A DNA stretch of 64,000 bases, from NCBI GenBank assembly GCA_965249275.1, contig CBDFLQ010000006.1:288001-352000 (forward strand). The letters run 5' to 3'. A model generated the notes under the pieces. The model worked only from the letters and a program-made list of their open reading frames with translations. It did no database searches and was not told the DNA's origin. Source of the DNA: Dehalococcoidia bacterium. GTDB lineage: Bacteria > Chloroflexota > Dehalococcoidia > Plut-88900. A program made the translations under genes and the position numbers. Shown here one piece after another: positions 1 to 7,884 of the stretch; position 1 is the first letter of the stretch; each line of letters begins with the position of its first letter.

Positions 1-453
1 GTCGAGCATGAGGGCGAACTGGTTATAGTCATTGGCAAGAGGGCCAAGTCCGTGTCCAAGGAGGATGCCCCGGACTACATACTGGGGTACACCGCTGGCA
101 ACGACGTAAGTTGCAGGCCCTGGCAGCGGGGTGACCTCCAGTGGTGGCGAGCCAAGGGCTCCGACACCTTCGGCCCCCTCGGCCCCTTCATCGACACCGA
201 AGTCGACCCCTTCAACACCAACCTCGCCGTACGCATCAACGGTGAGACCGCCCAGGAAGGCAGCACCTCCGACCTCATCTTCGACGTCCCGACTATCATT
301 AGCTTCATAACAGCGTCTATGACCCTGGAACCGGGTGACGTGATCTACACCGGCACCCCCGGCATCCCGGGCTCCACTAAAGACGGGGACACCGTCGAGG
401 TTGAAGTCCAAGGCGTGGGAGTTTTGCGAAACTACGTAGCCGACGAGGCTTAA
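1..453 (+). CDS. Fumarylacetoacetate (FAA) hydrolase family protein, 5'-truncated by window edge
   Basis: Frame open from base 1 (VEHEGELVIVIGK...); motifs GYTAGNDVS, AKGSDTFGPLGP, TLEPGDVIYTGTP. Confidence 0.92.
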   Translation, partial: VEHEGELVIVIGKRAKSVSKEDAPDYILGYTAGNDVSCRPWQRGDLQWWRAKGSDTFGPLGPFIDTEVDPFNTNLAVRINGETAQEGSTSDLIFDVPTIISFITASMTLEPGDVIYTGTPGIPGSTKDGDTVEVEVQGVGVLRNYVADEA

Positions 454-482
454 GCGAAGGTGCCGAGCGACCAGCCCAAACC

Positions 483-1622
483 ATGATCATCGATTGCTAT
501 CCCAGCTCATTCGCCCAGTGGGACTCCGCCGCAGGCTATAAGTCCCGCGCCGAGAAGATGGAGGTAATCCATCGGGAGTTGGCTACCCATCACCAGCCCG
601 CATGGCGCGCCCGAGATCGCACAGGTGTCGACAACAGTTCGCTCATCAACCCCGACACCGGCGAACTCACCAACGCCGAGTGGACCCGCCACATGGGCCA
701 GCTTGCTTGGACATACGAGGGCGAGACCTACGTCAAGCAATACTTCCCACCCATGCTCCACAACATGGAATGCCCTCCCGAACTCATGATCGCCGAGATG
801 GACTACGCAGGCATAGACGCCGGTATCCTCCATACCCACCCCCACAAGGGCAGGTACACCTTCCAGAACGAGTTTCAGCGTAACGTCGTCAACCGCTACC
901 CTGACCGACTGATGCGCCTGGTAATGGTAGAGGCCCACTCCATTCCTGCCGACCCCGAGAAGGCAGCTGAGGAAGTAGCGTGGGAGGTCTCAAACTCCAA
1001 GAGCCGCTCCGGGTTGCAGTTCATGCCTCGCTACTACTACAGCCCGCCCCTGACAGGCCAGCAGGGCCATCGAGACCCGTGGGACGGCGGCGCTATGCGG
1101 CCCTTCTGGGACCGGGTGGCCAGGCTCGGAGTCCCCGTCTTCTTCACTATGATCGGTAAGGGACTATCAGGTCCGAGCCCCTACGGCCAGGCTCTCCTCG
1201 AAGAGTACATGGACGAGCTCCGAGTGCTGACCCGCTGGATGGAGCGCTACCCGGAGGTCAAAGTGGTCATTACCCACGGCCTCCCGTGGCGCGCTTTCCA
1301 GGACGGTGACCGCATCCGCTTCCCCGACGAGATTTGGTCGATCTTCGAAAACCCCCAGTGCAACATGGAGCTTATGCTCACAATACAAATGGGCGCCATC
1401 TGGGAGTACCCGTGGAAAGAGGCCGAGCCAACCATCGAGGAATGCGTCAAGAGAATCGGCGCACACAGGCTAATGTGGGGCTCAGACTGGCCTATGGTCG
1501 GCCGTTACTGCACCTACAAACAGTCCCTCAACCAGTACCGCAAATACTGCAACTTCCTCTCAACCTCCGAAAGAGCCGACATCCTAGGCGGCACCGCCGC
1601 CCGTGTCATGGGACTGGAATAA
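483..1622 (+). CDS. Amidohydrolase_2 family protein
   Basis: 379 aa; EMDYAGIDAG, VVITHG, LMWGSDWP, ILGGTAARV typical of Amidohydro_2; N-terminal HxH absent. Confidence 0.8.
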   Translation: MIIDCYPSSFAQWDSAAGYKSRAEKMEVIHRELATHHQPAWRARDRTGVDNSSLINPDTGELTNAEWTRHMGQLAWTYEGETYVKQYFPPMLHNMECPPELMIAEMDYAGIDAGILHTHPHKGRYTFQNEFQRNVVNRYPDRLMRLVMVEAHSIPADPEKAAEEVAWEVSNSKSRSGLQFMPRYYYSPPLTGQQGHRDPWDGGAMRPFWDRVARLGVPVFFTMIGKGLSGPSPYGQALLEEYMDELRVLTRWMERYPEVKVVITHGLPWRAFQDGDRIRFPDEIWSIFENPQCNMELMLTIQMGAIWEYPWKEAEPTIEECVKRIGAHRLMWGSDWPMVGRYCTYKQSLNQYRKYCNFLSTSERADILGGTAARVMGLE

Positions 1623-1651
1623 GGGTTATTCCAGTCGGCGAAGGGGCGGGG

Positions 1652-1698
1652 CATTCCGCTCGCCCTGAGCTAAGTCGAAGGGTCTCAAGAGCGGAATG
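1652..1698 (+). repeat. REP-like palindrome family B (CATTCCGYTC-GCCCTGAGC-NNN-GTCGAAGGG-TCTCAA-GARCGGAATG)
   Basis: Near-identical copies at 41863-41909 and 43037-43081; related copies at 24309-24389, 43141-43195, 43278-43331. Confidence 0.9.
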
Positions 1699-1714
1699 GG
1701 TGGGGCGGTCCAGT

Positions 1715-1935
1715 CCCCTCTCCTTCAATAAGACCTTTGCGTGACCGATGTTGGCAGGGCCGGGGCCGCTCGTGCTGAGGCTCTCGAAGTATGAGCGGGG
1801 AGGTGGAGGTCACATCATCTGGACAATACAACAGAGGCAATCTGTAGTTGCACACAGGCCTCTCGATGGGCCGTAGATGCGCCTCTGGCGTGATAGGGCT
1901 AGCGTCGAAGACTCGCCGAGGAGAGTGAGGGTGAA
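1715..1935 (+). repeat. Composite family A repeat carrying a MITE-like insert and two micro-hairpin inserts
   Basis: Aligns to uninterrupted copy 4341-4380 after removing 1730-1867, 1871-1892 and 1905-1925. Confidence 0.8.
1730..1862. mobile_element. Degenerate MITE-like element
   Basis: Imperfect terminal inverted repeats AAGACCTTTGCGTGAC / GTTGCACACAGGCCTC (10/16, mostly transitions), flanked by TCAAT/TCGAT; second, right-deleted copy begins at 20858 (GGGACCCTTGCATAAC) with the same internal hairpin. Confidence 0.55.
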
Positions 1936-1982
1936 TTGAGTCTATAAGAATTAGACACCTAAAGTGTCGACTCACTGAAAGC

Positions 1983-2786
1983 TCAGGGGAGCGACAGTAC
2001 CCCACCCATCCACCCCACCAGGTCCCCTTCTTCCAACACCCTAATCCCCAACCCCCGAGCCCTCTCCACCTGCTTCTCCGTCGTATACCCATACGCGGCG
2101 AGATAGCAATTCACCCCTAGCCCCTTCGCCGACTCCAAATGTGCCACCTGGTCGTCCACGAAGTGGATATCGGAATAGGAGACCTTGGACGCCTCAGTGA
2201 CCAGCCGCATATGCACGTTCTTGTCTGGGGAAGCCCCGACCATGTCCTTCCCAAGAACATGCCCGTCCGGCAGGGTGAAACCGTTATGCTCCAGGATTCC
2301 CTTGGAAACGACGCTGGGCTTGGAGGTCGTAACGAAGACATTCCCCAAATCGCCCTGACGCTCACTAAGAGCTTGGATCATGCCCGGATACAGGGGGTTG
2401 CGGTCCATCCAACCGGCCTCATCCCGTTCCCGAAAGCCCGCCCGATACCGCTGAAACGCAGCCTCCAGTTCTGGCCCCGACTCCACGCCGAACAAGCCCA
2501 GCAGGTCCGGCAGCCGAGCCTCCAGCGCATCATCGAAGTCCTTCTGGTCGGACATGGGCACCCCTAGATCGAGCAAGTACAGGATCATTAGGTAATCTCG
2601 ACCGTCCCTGATTAAGGGCCTCATCCGGTAGAATCCGTCCTTGAAGTAGTCGGGAACAGGAGAGGCTAGAGGATCGAATTCTTCACCCTTCGCCTGGCAG
2701 AAAGCGCCGTAAGCGGACACAACGCACTCGGCGGCGCTGTCGCATATCACACCGTCAAAATCTAAAGCTATGACGTTGGAGTTCAT
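1983..2786 (-). CDS. HAD-superfamily hydrolase
   Basis: Motif I DFDGVICDS, TTSK, FVDD motif IV, AAYGY. Confidence 0.85.
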   Translation of the reverse strand: MNSNVIALDFDGVICDSAAECVVSAYGAFCQAKGEEFDPLASPVPDYFKDGFYRMRPLIRDGRDYLMILYLLDLGVPMSDQKDFDDALEARLPDLLGLFGVESGPELEAAFQRYRAGFRERDEAGWMDRNPLYPGMIQALSERQGDLGNVFVTTSKPSVVSKGILEHNGFTLPDGHVLGKDMVGASPDKNVHMRLVTEASKVSYSDIHFVDDQVAHLESAKGLGVNCYLAAYGYTTEKQVERARGLGIRVLEEGDLVGWMGGVLSLP

Positions 2787-2849
2787 TATTTACACCTGCA
2801 TGGGAAAGCCTTCTTGCCCTTGAAATGAATTGGGGCAAGAAGGCTTCGG

Positions 2850-2878
2850 TTGACTGAGATGGCATCGACTATTATCAT
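2850..2878 (+). promoter_or_regulatory. sigma70-type promoter for tatA
   Basis: TTGACT-N17-TATCAT, 36 nt upstream of tatA start. Confidence 0.65.
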
Positions 2879-2914
2879 TGAGTCTACACTACTCACCTTG
2901 AGGGGGACAAAAAC

Positions 2915-3157
2915 ATGCCCTTAGGCGGCTTCATTGGGGGCCCGGGTATAGGCCTGCCCGAGATACTGGTAGTCCTGTTAATAATCGTCATCATCTTCGG
3001 CGTGGGTAAACTGCCCGAGATCGGCGGAGCCTTGGGCAAGGGCATTCGGGAGTTCAAGAAGTCCTCCACCGAGGTAGACAAGGTGATCCAGGACGTCAAG
3101 GAACCCCTCAAGGCCGAGGTTCCTAAGGCCGAGCGGAAGCCCCACATCCCCGAGTAG
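2915..3157 (+). CDS. tatA: Twin-arginine translocase TatA/TatE subunit
   Basis: GLPEILVVLLIIVIIFGVGKLPEIGGALGKGIREFKK signature; GAGGGG RBS. Confidence 0.93.
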   Translation: MPLGGFIGGPGIGLPEILVVLLIIVIIFGVGKLPEIGGALGKGIREFKKSSTEVDKVIQDVKEPLKAEVPKAERKPHIPE

Positions 3158-3190
3158 CCTCATTCCCGTACCCGTCCGTACCAGGCATCC

Positions 3191-4282
3191 TCAGATTGCC
3201 TGAGAACGCGCCCGAATCCCCTCCACGTCCACCCCCACCTCCAAGGCTATCGCCAGCACCTGATCCCAGTGCTCCTCTCGCACCGGCACCCCCTCCCGAG
3301 ACCTGCGTTCGTATTCCTCTTGTGCCCGCTCGCCGGGCAATACGATCTTCTCGAACCCCGATGCCAATTCGGAGCCTTTCACGTTTCTGATCATCTCGTC
3401 GACTTTTGCCTTGAAGTCATCAAGCGGTTGCAGGTTTCCAACGTTCAAGGCCATTAAGAAGAAGCCGCCGGTCCACGGTTCGTCGGGAGTGGGGAGGAAG
3501 GGAATGGTTTTGGCAGTCGTCCCACCAGATGCAATCCCGGCTAACACGTCAACGAATATAAGCCACCCCATCCCTTTTGGCCCGAGTGGCAGTATCGCAC
3601 CCAGTTGCTCCGAGCCCCGCTTTGATGGATCGACAATTAGTGGCACAGGATCGCCCGTGCGTACTCCGTCAGGCCCGACAAGAGGATCGTCCGGTATCGA
3701 CTCCTTATCCCTTGCCGAAAGCACCACGTGCCCGTGCGAAACCGAGCTCATCGCCCCGTCGAATATGATGGGCCTCTCTGTCCCTGCTGGTACTACAAAG
3801 GCTAAAGGGTTGGTATTGAACACCGGCTCCCGACCTCCCCACCCGGCCACCAAAGGCACCCCGTTGCTCATCGCCAACCCTATGAAATCGTGATCCAGCG
3901 CTCTCATCGCATACGCCGACGCCATCGTGAAGTCGTTGGTGTTGCGCACCCACACGATTCCGACTGTGGACTCCCGAGCCTTTTGAATAGCCAGGTCCAT
4001 ACCCCTGGTAGCGACTATCTGACCCGGACCGCCATTCCCATCTAACAGTGCGTAAGATGGTCCCTCGCTGACCGTCTCCGTCGGTGTTCCAAATCGCACG
4101 GCCCCGCTGCGAATCCACGGGTAAACAAGGTCGATACACGCAATCCCTTGTGTGTCCTTCCCGTGCAGGTCGCCCTGAACAAAGGGCTCGGCAAAGAGAC
4201 CGGCTTCTTCTTCAGACGCGCCTAAAGCCCGCGCCAAGGCTCGATACACCTCACGAAGAAATCCCGCTCTCTCAATCCTCAA
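3191..4282 (-). CDS. Ldh_2 (malate/L-lactate/sulfolactate dehydrogenase-like) oxidoreductase
   Basis: DLHG..TQG, LDGNGGPGQ, NTNPLAF, GPKGMG, LPGER motifs of the Ldh_2 family. Confidence 0.85.
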   Translation of the reverse strand: MRIERAGFLREVYRALARALGASEEEAGLFAEPFVQGDLHGKDTQGIACIDLVYPWIRSGAVRFGTPTETVSEGPSYALLDGNGGPGQIVATRGMDLAIQKARESTVGIVWVRNTNDFTMASAYAMRALDHDFIGLAMSNGVPLVAGWGGREPVFNTNPLAFVVPAGTERPIIFDGAMSSVSHGHVVLSARDKESIPDDPLVGPDGVRTGDPVPLIVDPSKRGSEQLGAILPLGPKGMGWLIFVDVLAGIASGGTTAKTIPFLPTPDEPWTGGFFLMALNVGNLQPLDDFKAKVDEMIRNVKGSELASGFEKIVLPGERAQEEYERRSREGVPVREEHWDQVLAIALEVGVDVEGIRARSQAI

Positions 4283-4340
4283 ACTATCTCCGGATTATTG
4301 TCCAACCTCAGCCCGAGGGCACAAGAAACGGGAGGCTTAT

Positions 4341-4380
4341 CCCCTCTCCCTCGATGGGAGAGGGCTAGGGTGAGGGTGAT
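4341..4380 (+). repeat. REP-like family A, minimal uninterrupted copy
   Basis: CCCCTCTCCC-TCGAT-GGGAGAGGG-CTAGGGTGAGGGTGAT; other copies at 1715, 20843, 28001, 29743, 33861, 46750 and degenerate ~43552. Confidence 0.9.
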
Positions 4381-4431
4381 CCTAGTTTTGCCCGAACAGT
4401 TGCGCTAAGGGCACTACATCGCGGACCCACG

Positions 4432-5181
4432 TCACTGCTCCAACTCGAGCATCCGCTTCTCAGCAGCCTTAATCCTGCGCCGATTGGCGAGCTTTGAAAG
4501 CCATATCCCTATCTCGTAAAGCACGATGATTGGGCTGGCGAGAAGCGTCTGGTTAAAAGGGTCGAACGTGGGTGTAAAGATGGCTGCCGCTATAAACGCA
4601 CCGACAATCGCCAGCTTCCTCCTCTTGGCAAAACTGCCTGGCTTCACAACCCCCAGCCTGGACAACAGGGTCATGACCAGAGGCGTCTGGAACGAAAGCC
4701 CGACCCACAGAGTGAGCGCGAGAATCAAGTTAATGTAGCGGCCGATTCTGATATTGGCCTCGGCAACGTCCCCCCCGAAGGTTAGGAGAAAGTTGAGGGC
4801 AGGGGGAATTAGGATGAACCAGGCAAACACTACGCCCGCAGCAAAGGAGAGGATGATTCCGGGCACGGATACGAGAACATAGCGCTTCTCTCTGGGCGTG
4901 AGGCCCGGGGCTGCGAACATGATCATCTGAAAGAGGACTACGGGCATGGCCAGGATGAATCCACCGAGGAGCGCCACCTTGAAGTAGGTGGTTATAAATT
5001 CAGTGGGGTCGATATAGACCAGCGGGGTATCGCCCGCGGGACCCTTCAGGAATTCCAAAACGCGGAACGTAAACACGGCGGAAATGCCCGTGCCAACTAA
5101 AAGAGCCAGCAGGGACTTGATAAACCGGCTCCGCAGCTCGTTCAGATGCCCCAGTATGGAGATCTTGTCGGGCGCGCTCAT
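4432..5181 (-). CDS. tatC: Twin-arginine translocase subunit TatC
   Basis: HLNELRSR, PGLTPREKR, FQTPL, TPTFDP, LYEIG; six hydrophobic segments. Confidence 0.95.
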   Translation of the reverse strand: MSAPDKISILGHLNELRSRFIKSLLALLVGTGISAVFTFRVLEFLKGPAGDTPLVYIDPTEFITTYFKVALLGGFILAMPVVLFQMIMFAAPGLTPREKRYVLVSVPGIILSFAAGVVFAWFILIPPALNFLLTFGGDVAEANIRIGRYINLILALTLWVGLSFQTPLVMTLLSRLGVVKPGSFAKRRKLAIVGAFIAAAIFTPTFDPFNQTLLASPIIVLYEIGIWLSKLANRRRIKAAEKRMLELEQ

Positions 5182-5471
5182 AGCTGGTGGGGGCCAGTGC
5201 GGTTTGGAGGAGGATCAGCCTTGGGAGAAGGTGTCACGTCCTCTTCCCTATCCTCTGAATGGAAGCCGACCGGCTGGTCGGTCGTAACGGTAGTCTCGGC
5301 CTTTGACTCTTCCACAGCAGCCGAGGCAAGGCCTTGCGCAGCGCGTTGAAACTCCTGGACCGCCCCGCGGAGGGACGTGACAAGTGAGATGAGTTTAGAA
5401 GGCCCGAAAAGCACCAAGGCTAGCGCCAGGATGACTAGGATTTCCAGGATTCCGACGTTTAGCGGGTTCAA
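5178..5471 (-). CDS. TatA/TatB family subunit (probable TatB)
   Basis: GILEILVILALALVLFGPSKL N-terminus; overlaps tatC start by 4 nt. Confidence 0.8.
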   Translation of the reverse strand: MNPLNVGILEILVILALALVLFGPSKLISLVTSLRGAVQEFQRAAQGLASAAVEESKAETTVTTDQPVGFHSEDREEDVTPSPKADPPPNRTGPHQL

Positions 5472-5582
5472 AACTGAGTATCGCCTGGTTTATCGGCCCA
5501 TTTGACTGGTACCCTTGGGAGTATAGCATGGTGATAGATGTTCCCCCTGATCCCGTTCACATAGAGGAGTGACATATCCCTC

Positions 5583-5611
5583 TTGACTTTATAATACATG
5601 TGTTCTATTAT
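5583..5611 (+). promoter_or_regulatory. Near-consensus sigma70 promoter with LexA-like box in the spacer
   Basis: TTGACT(5583-5588)-N17-TATTAT(5606-5611); AATAC-ATGT-GTTCT at 5593-5606. Confidence 0.7.
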
Positions 5612-5616
5612 TGGGC

Positions 5617-6310
5617 CAGTCTAGACCCGACACCCACCTTAAGGAGGTACCGCACAACCTAGGGAAGCCCACCCGACCCACCCGAGGACTCAACGTCTAA
5701 GCCCATCCCAAAGGGCGGCCCACAAGCCGTCCCACGGCTCAAGCGAACGCCGCCATCTCCTCTACCAAGGGCCCCGGCTATCCCTTCCCTGACCATCAGG
5801 CGATGGAAGACGCCCTGGTTCGCTAACGTTCCATGTGAGGCTCCTAACGGAGATGCCGCTCCTTCAAGCGGAATAGCGGTCGGATAGGCCCGGCGCCGAG
5901 GCCCTCTCGGTACACCGACTGCTCAATAAAGCCGGGAGCCGGTGGTCTACGCGCTCCGGGTCGCACCGGCAAACTTGGACACATTACGCCTGCAAGAGGC
6001 CCGGCATCGGACGCTGGACGGGCCTCCTTGCCGCCCTATAGCGGTGCAGCCAACCCCCGGAGTCGGACTCGGACCTGCTGGCCCTGAAGGTCCCTGCCCA
6101 TGTCCAGCGTATACAGGGCCACAGGCCGCAGCAGCGGCAAAAGCGGGCCGGGCGCCCTTGCCTCAGGGCGTCGGAGCACCCGAGGCACAGGAACAGGGGC
6201 AGCGTCCAGCAAGCGTCTTTCATCGCCTTCCCAAAACCCAACAGACAGAACTGAAACCGAAACCCCACAATCGAAGATGGAACATCCGCCTCTGGAGGAC
6301 TGAAGAAAAC
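5617..6310 (+). ncRNA. Candidate large structured non-coding RNA (family unknown; ends approximate)
   Basis: No credible CDS; 16-bp helix 5798-5813/6213-6228; stems 5875-5883/5915-5923, 5938-5944/5964-5970, 5992-6003/6019-6031, 6079-6086/6114-6121; promoter directly upstream. Confidence 0.55.
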
Positions 6311-6387
6311 GCCGGTGTGTCACTAATCTATTGAACGAATACACCCCCTTTCCCCTCCTCCCCTAACCCTGTTAACATTCTCGGCGC

Positions 6388-6681
6388 ATGGAACGGGAAC
6401 AGCTTCAGCAATTGATCTTCGAATCCGTCGAGGATTCTGCCATCGAACGATTTAAGGGCCGAGTCCCAGTCGGCCTCGGCAGGTCCACCGCCCGTGCCCT
6501 CATGTTCAAGATCACCTGCGATTGCGGCGTTACCGCCATGCTGTCGGTTGATACACCGGAAGAGGCCTCGGAAGAGAAGATCCACGACATGGTCCCCCAT
6601 CTAGCCAAAACCCTCGACAATCAGGCCTCCCAGTTCAAGCGCATCCCCTGTGATGCCCACTCCCGCATGTCTATGGGGTAG
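6388..6681 (+). CDS. Small hypothetical protein with CxC and CxxH motifs
   Basis: 97 aa, host-like codon usage, 24 nt upstream of the next gene; possible extended -10 TGtTAACAT at 6370-6378, no SD. Confidence 0.7.
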   Translation: MEREQLQQLIFESVEDSAIERFKGRVPVGLGRSTARALMFKITCDCGVTAMLSVDTPEEASEEKIHDMVPHLAKTLDNQASQFKRIPCDAHSRMSMG

Positions 6682-6705
6682 CCTTTCCCACGCCAGGAGA
6701 AAATC

Positions 6706-7821
6706 ATGCAATCATCGGACGTTGTCATACTGGGCGGAGGAATCGCCGGTTGCCTCACCGCCTACTACTTGGCGCAGCGCGGGGTCAAAGCCACTGTCGT
6801 AGAGCGAGAGGCTATCGGAAGCCACGCCTCCGGATACGCTTTCGGGGGCCTGAGCTACCATAGCGGCTCCGGAATCCCCGGCCCGGTCTTCCCCATTGCC
6901 AAGGCCGGCTACTTCCTCCACGAAGATCTTTACGATGACCTCCTCGAAGTCACGGGCGTCGATACCCATTACCGCAAGGGCGCCAACGTCAAGATTGCCT
7001 TCACTTCTGAGGAGGCGCGAGACCTCGAAGAGGAAGTCGCCTGGCAGACCGAACTCGGCATCGATTCCAAGATCATCGACCTTGCCCAGGTCCAGCAGAT
7101 CGAACCTCGCGTAAATCCCGAGGCCATCAGTTTCCGATACATCGAGGAGTCAGCTGCGGTGGAAGCTTACCGATTGTCTGTCGCTGTTATGCAGGCTGCA
7201 GAGAAGCTAGGTGCAGTCCTAAGGCACGGCAACGCCGTTGGCATAAAACGTAACGGCTCCCGCCCAGAGGCCATATTGACTGAGAGTGGTGAGGAAATAC
7301 CCTGTGACACCGTAGTCGTGGCCATGGGCCCATGGAGCACCGATGCCGCTTCCTGGCTCGATTTTCCCGTGCCAATTTGGCCCCTCAAAGGACAGATAGT
7401 CCGACTCGAGATGCCCGGGGAGCCCTTAGCCTGCTGGTTCGGATACCACGACAGTTACTGTGGCACCAAGGCTGACGGCCTAACCTGGTGCGGCACCACC
7501 GAGGAGAATGCAGGATTCGACGTGAGTACTCACGTCCAGGCCATGAATAGCGTCATTTCCGACGCCGTTAAGATGATCCCCTCCCTCGCCGACGCCCGTC
7601 TCGCCCTGCAGACCGCCTGCCTCCGCCCCATGGCCTCCGACCTCTTTCCCATCGTCGGCCCCGTACCCGGATGGGAGGGCGTCTACATGTGCACCGGAGG
7701 CGGCCGTAAAGGCATACTCCTGGGCCCTGGTATGGCCAAAATAGTCGCCGACCTCATTACAACCGGCCAGTCAGACATAGAGCACTCCGGAATCCTCCCC
7801 TCCCGATTCTCCAAAGACTAA
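6706..7821 (+). CDS. FAD-dependent oxidoreductase, DAO/glycine oxidase (ThiO-like) family
   Basis: GGGIAG dinucleotide motif, VVAMGPWS, PLKGQI, ACLRP, PIVGP; AGGAG RBS. Confidence 0.88.
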   Translation: MQSSDVVILGGGIAGCLTAYYLAQRGVKATVVEREAIGSHASGYAFGGLSYHSGSGIPGPVFPIAKAGYFLHEDLYDDLLEVTGVDTHYRKGANVKIAFTSEEARDLEEEVAWQTELGIDSKIIDLAQVQQIEPRVNPEAISFRYIEESAAVEAYRLSVAVMQAAEKLGAVLRHGNAVGIKRNGSRPEAILTESGEEIPCDTVVVAMGPWSTDAASWLDFPVPIWPLKGQIVRLEMPGEPLACWFGYHDSYCGTKADGLTWCGTTEENAGFDVSTHVQAMNSVISDAVKMIPSLADARLALQTACLRPMASDLFPIVGPVPGWEGVYMCTGGGRKGILLGPGMAKIVADLITTGQSDIEHSGILPSRFSKD

Positions 7822-7884
7822 CCTCGCTTCTACAACCAACTTGTCCCCTCCGTCATTCCGGCCCCCAGTCCACGTCCATTTGCA

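Noticed and set aside
5617-6310. Identification as RNase P RNA, tmRNA, SRP RNA or group II intron
   Set aside because: Did not find GAGGAAAGTCC, a tRNA-like T-arm with CCA end plus tag ORF, the SRP GGAA-AGCAG motif, or a convincing domain V on either strand.
5942-6334. 130-aa + strand ORF (and overlapping - strand ORFs 5984-6268, 6036-6344) in the structured region
   Set aside because: GTG start with no RBS, in-frame stop just upstream, low-complexity Pro/Ala/Gly content and no recognisable motif; better explained as chance ORFs in GC-rich stems, though not excluded.
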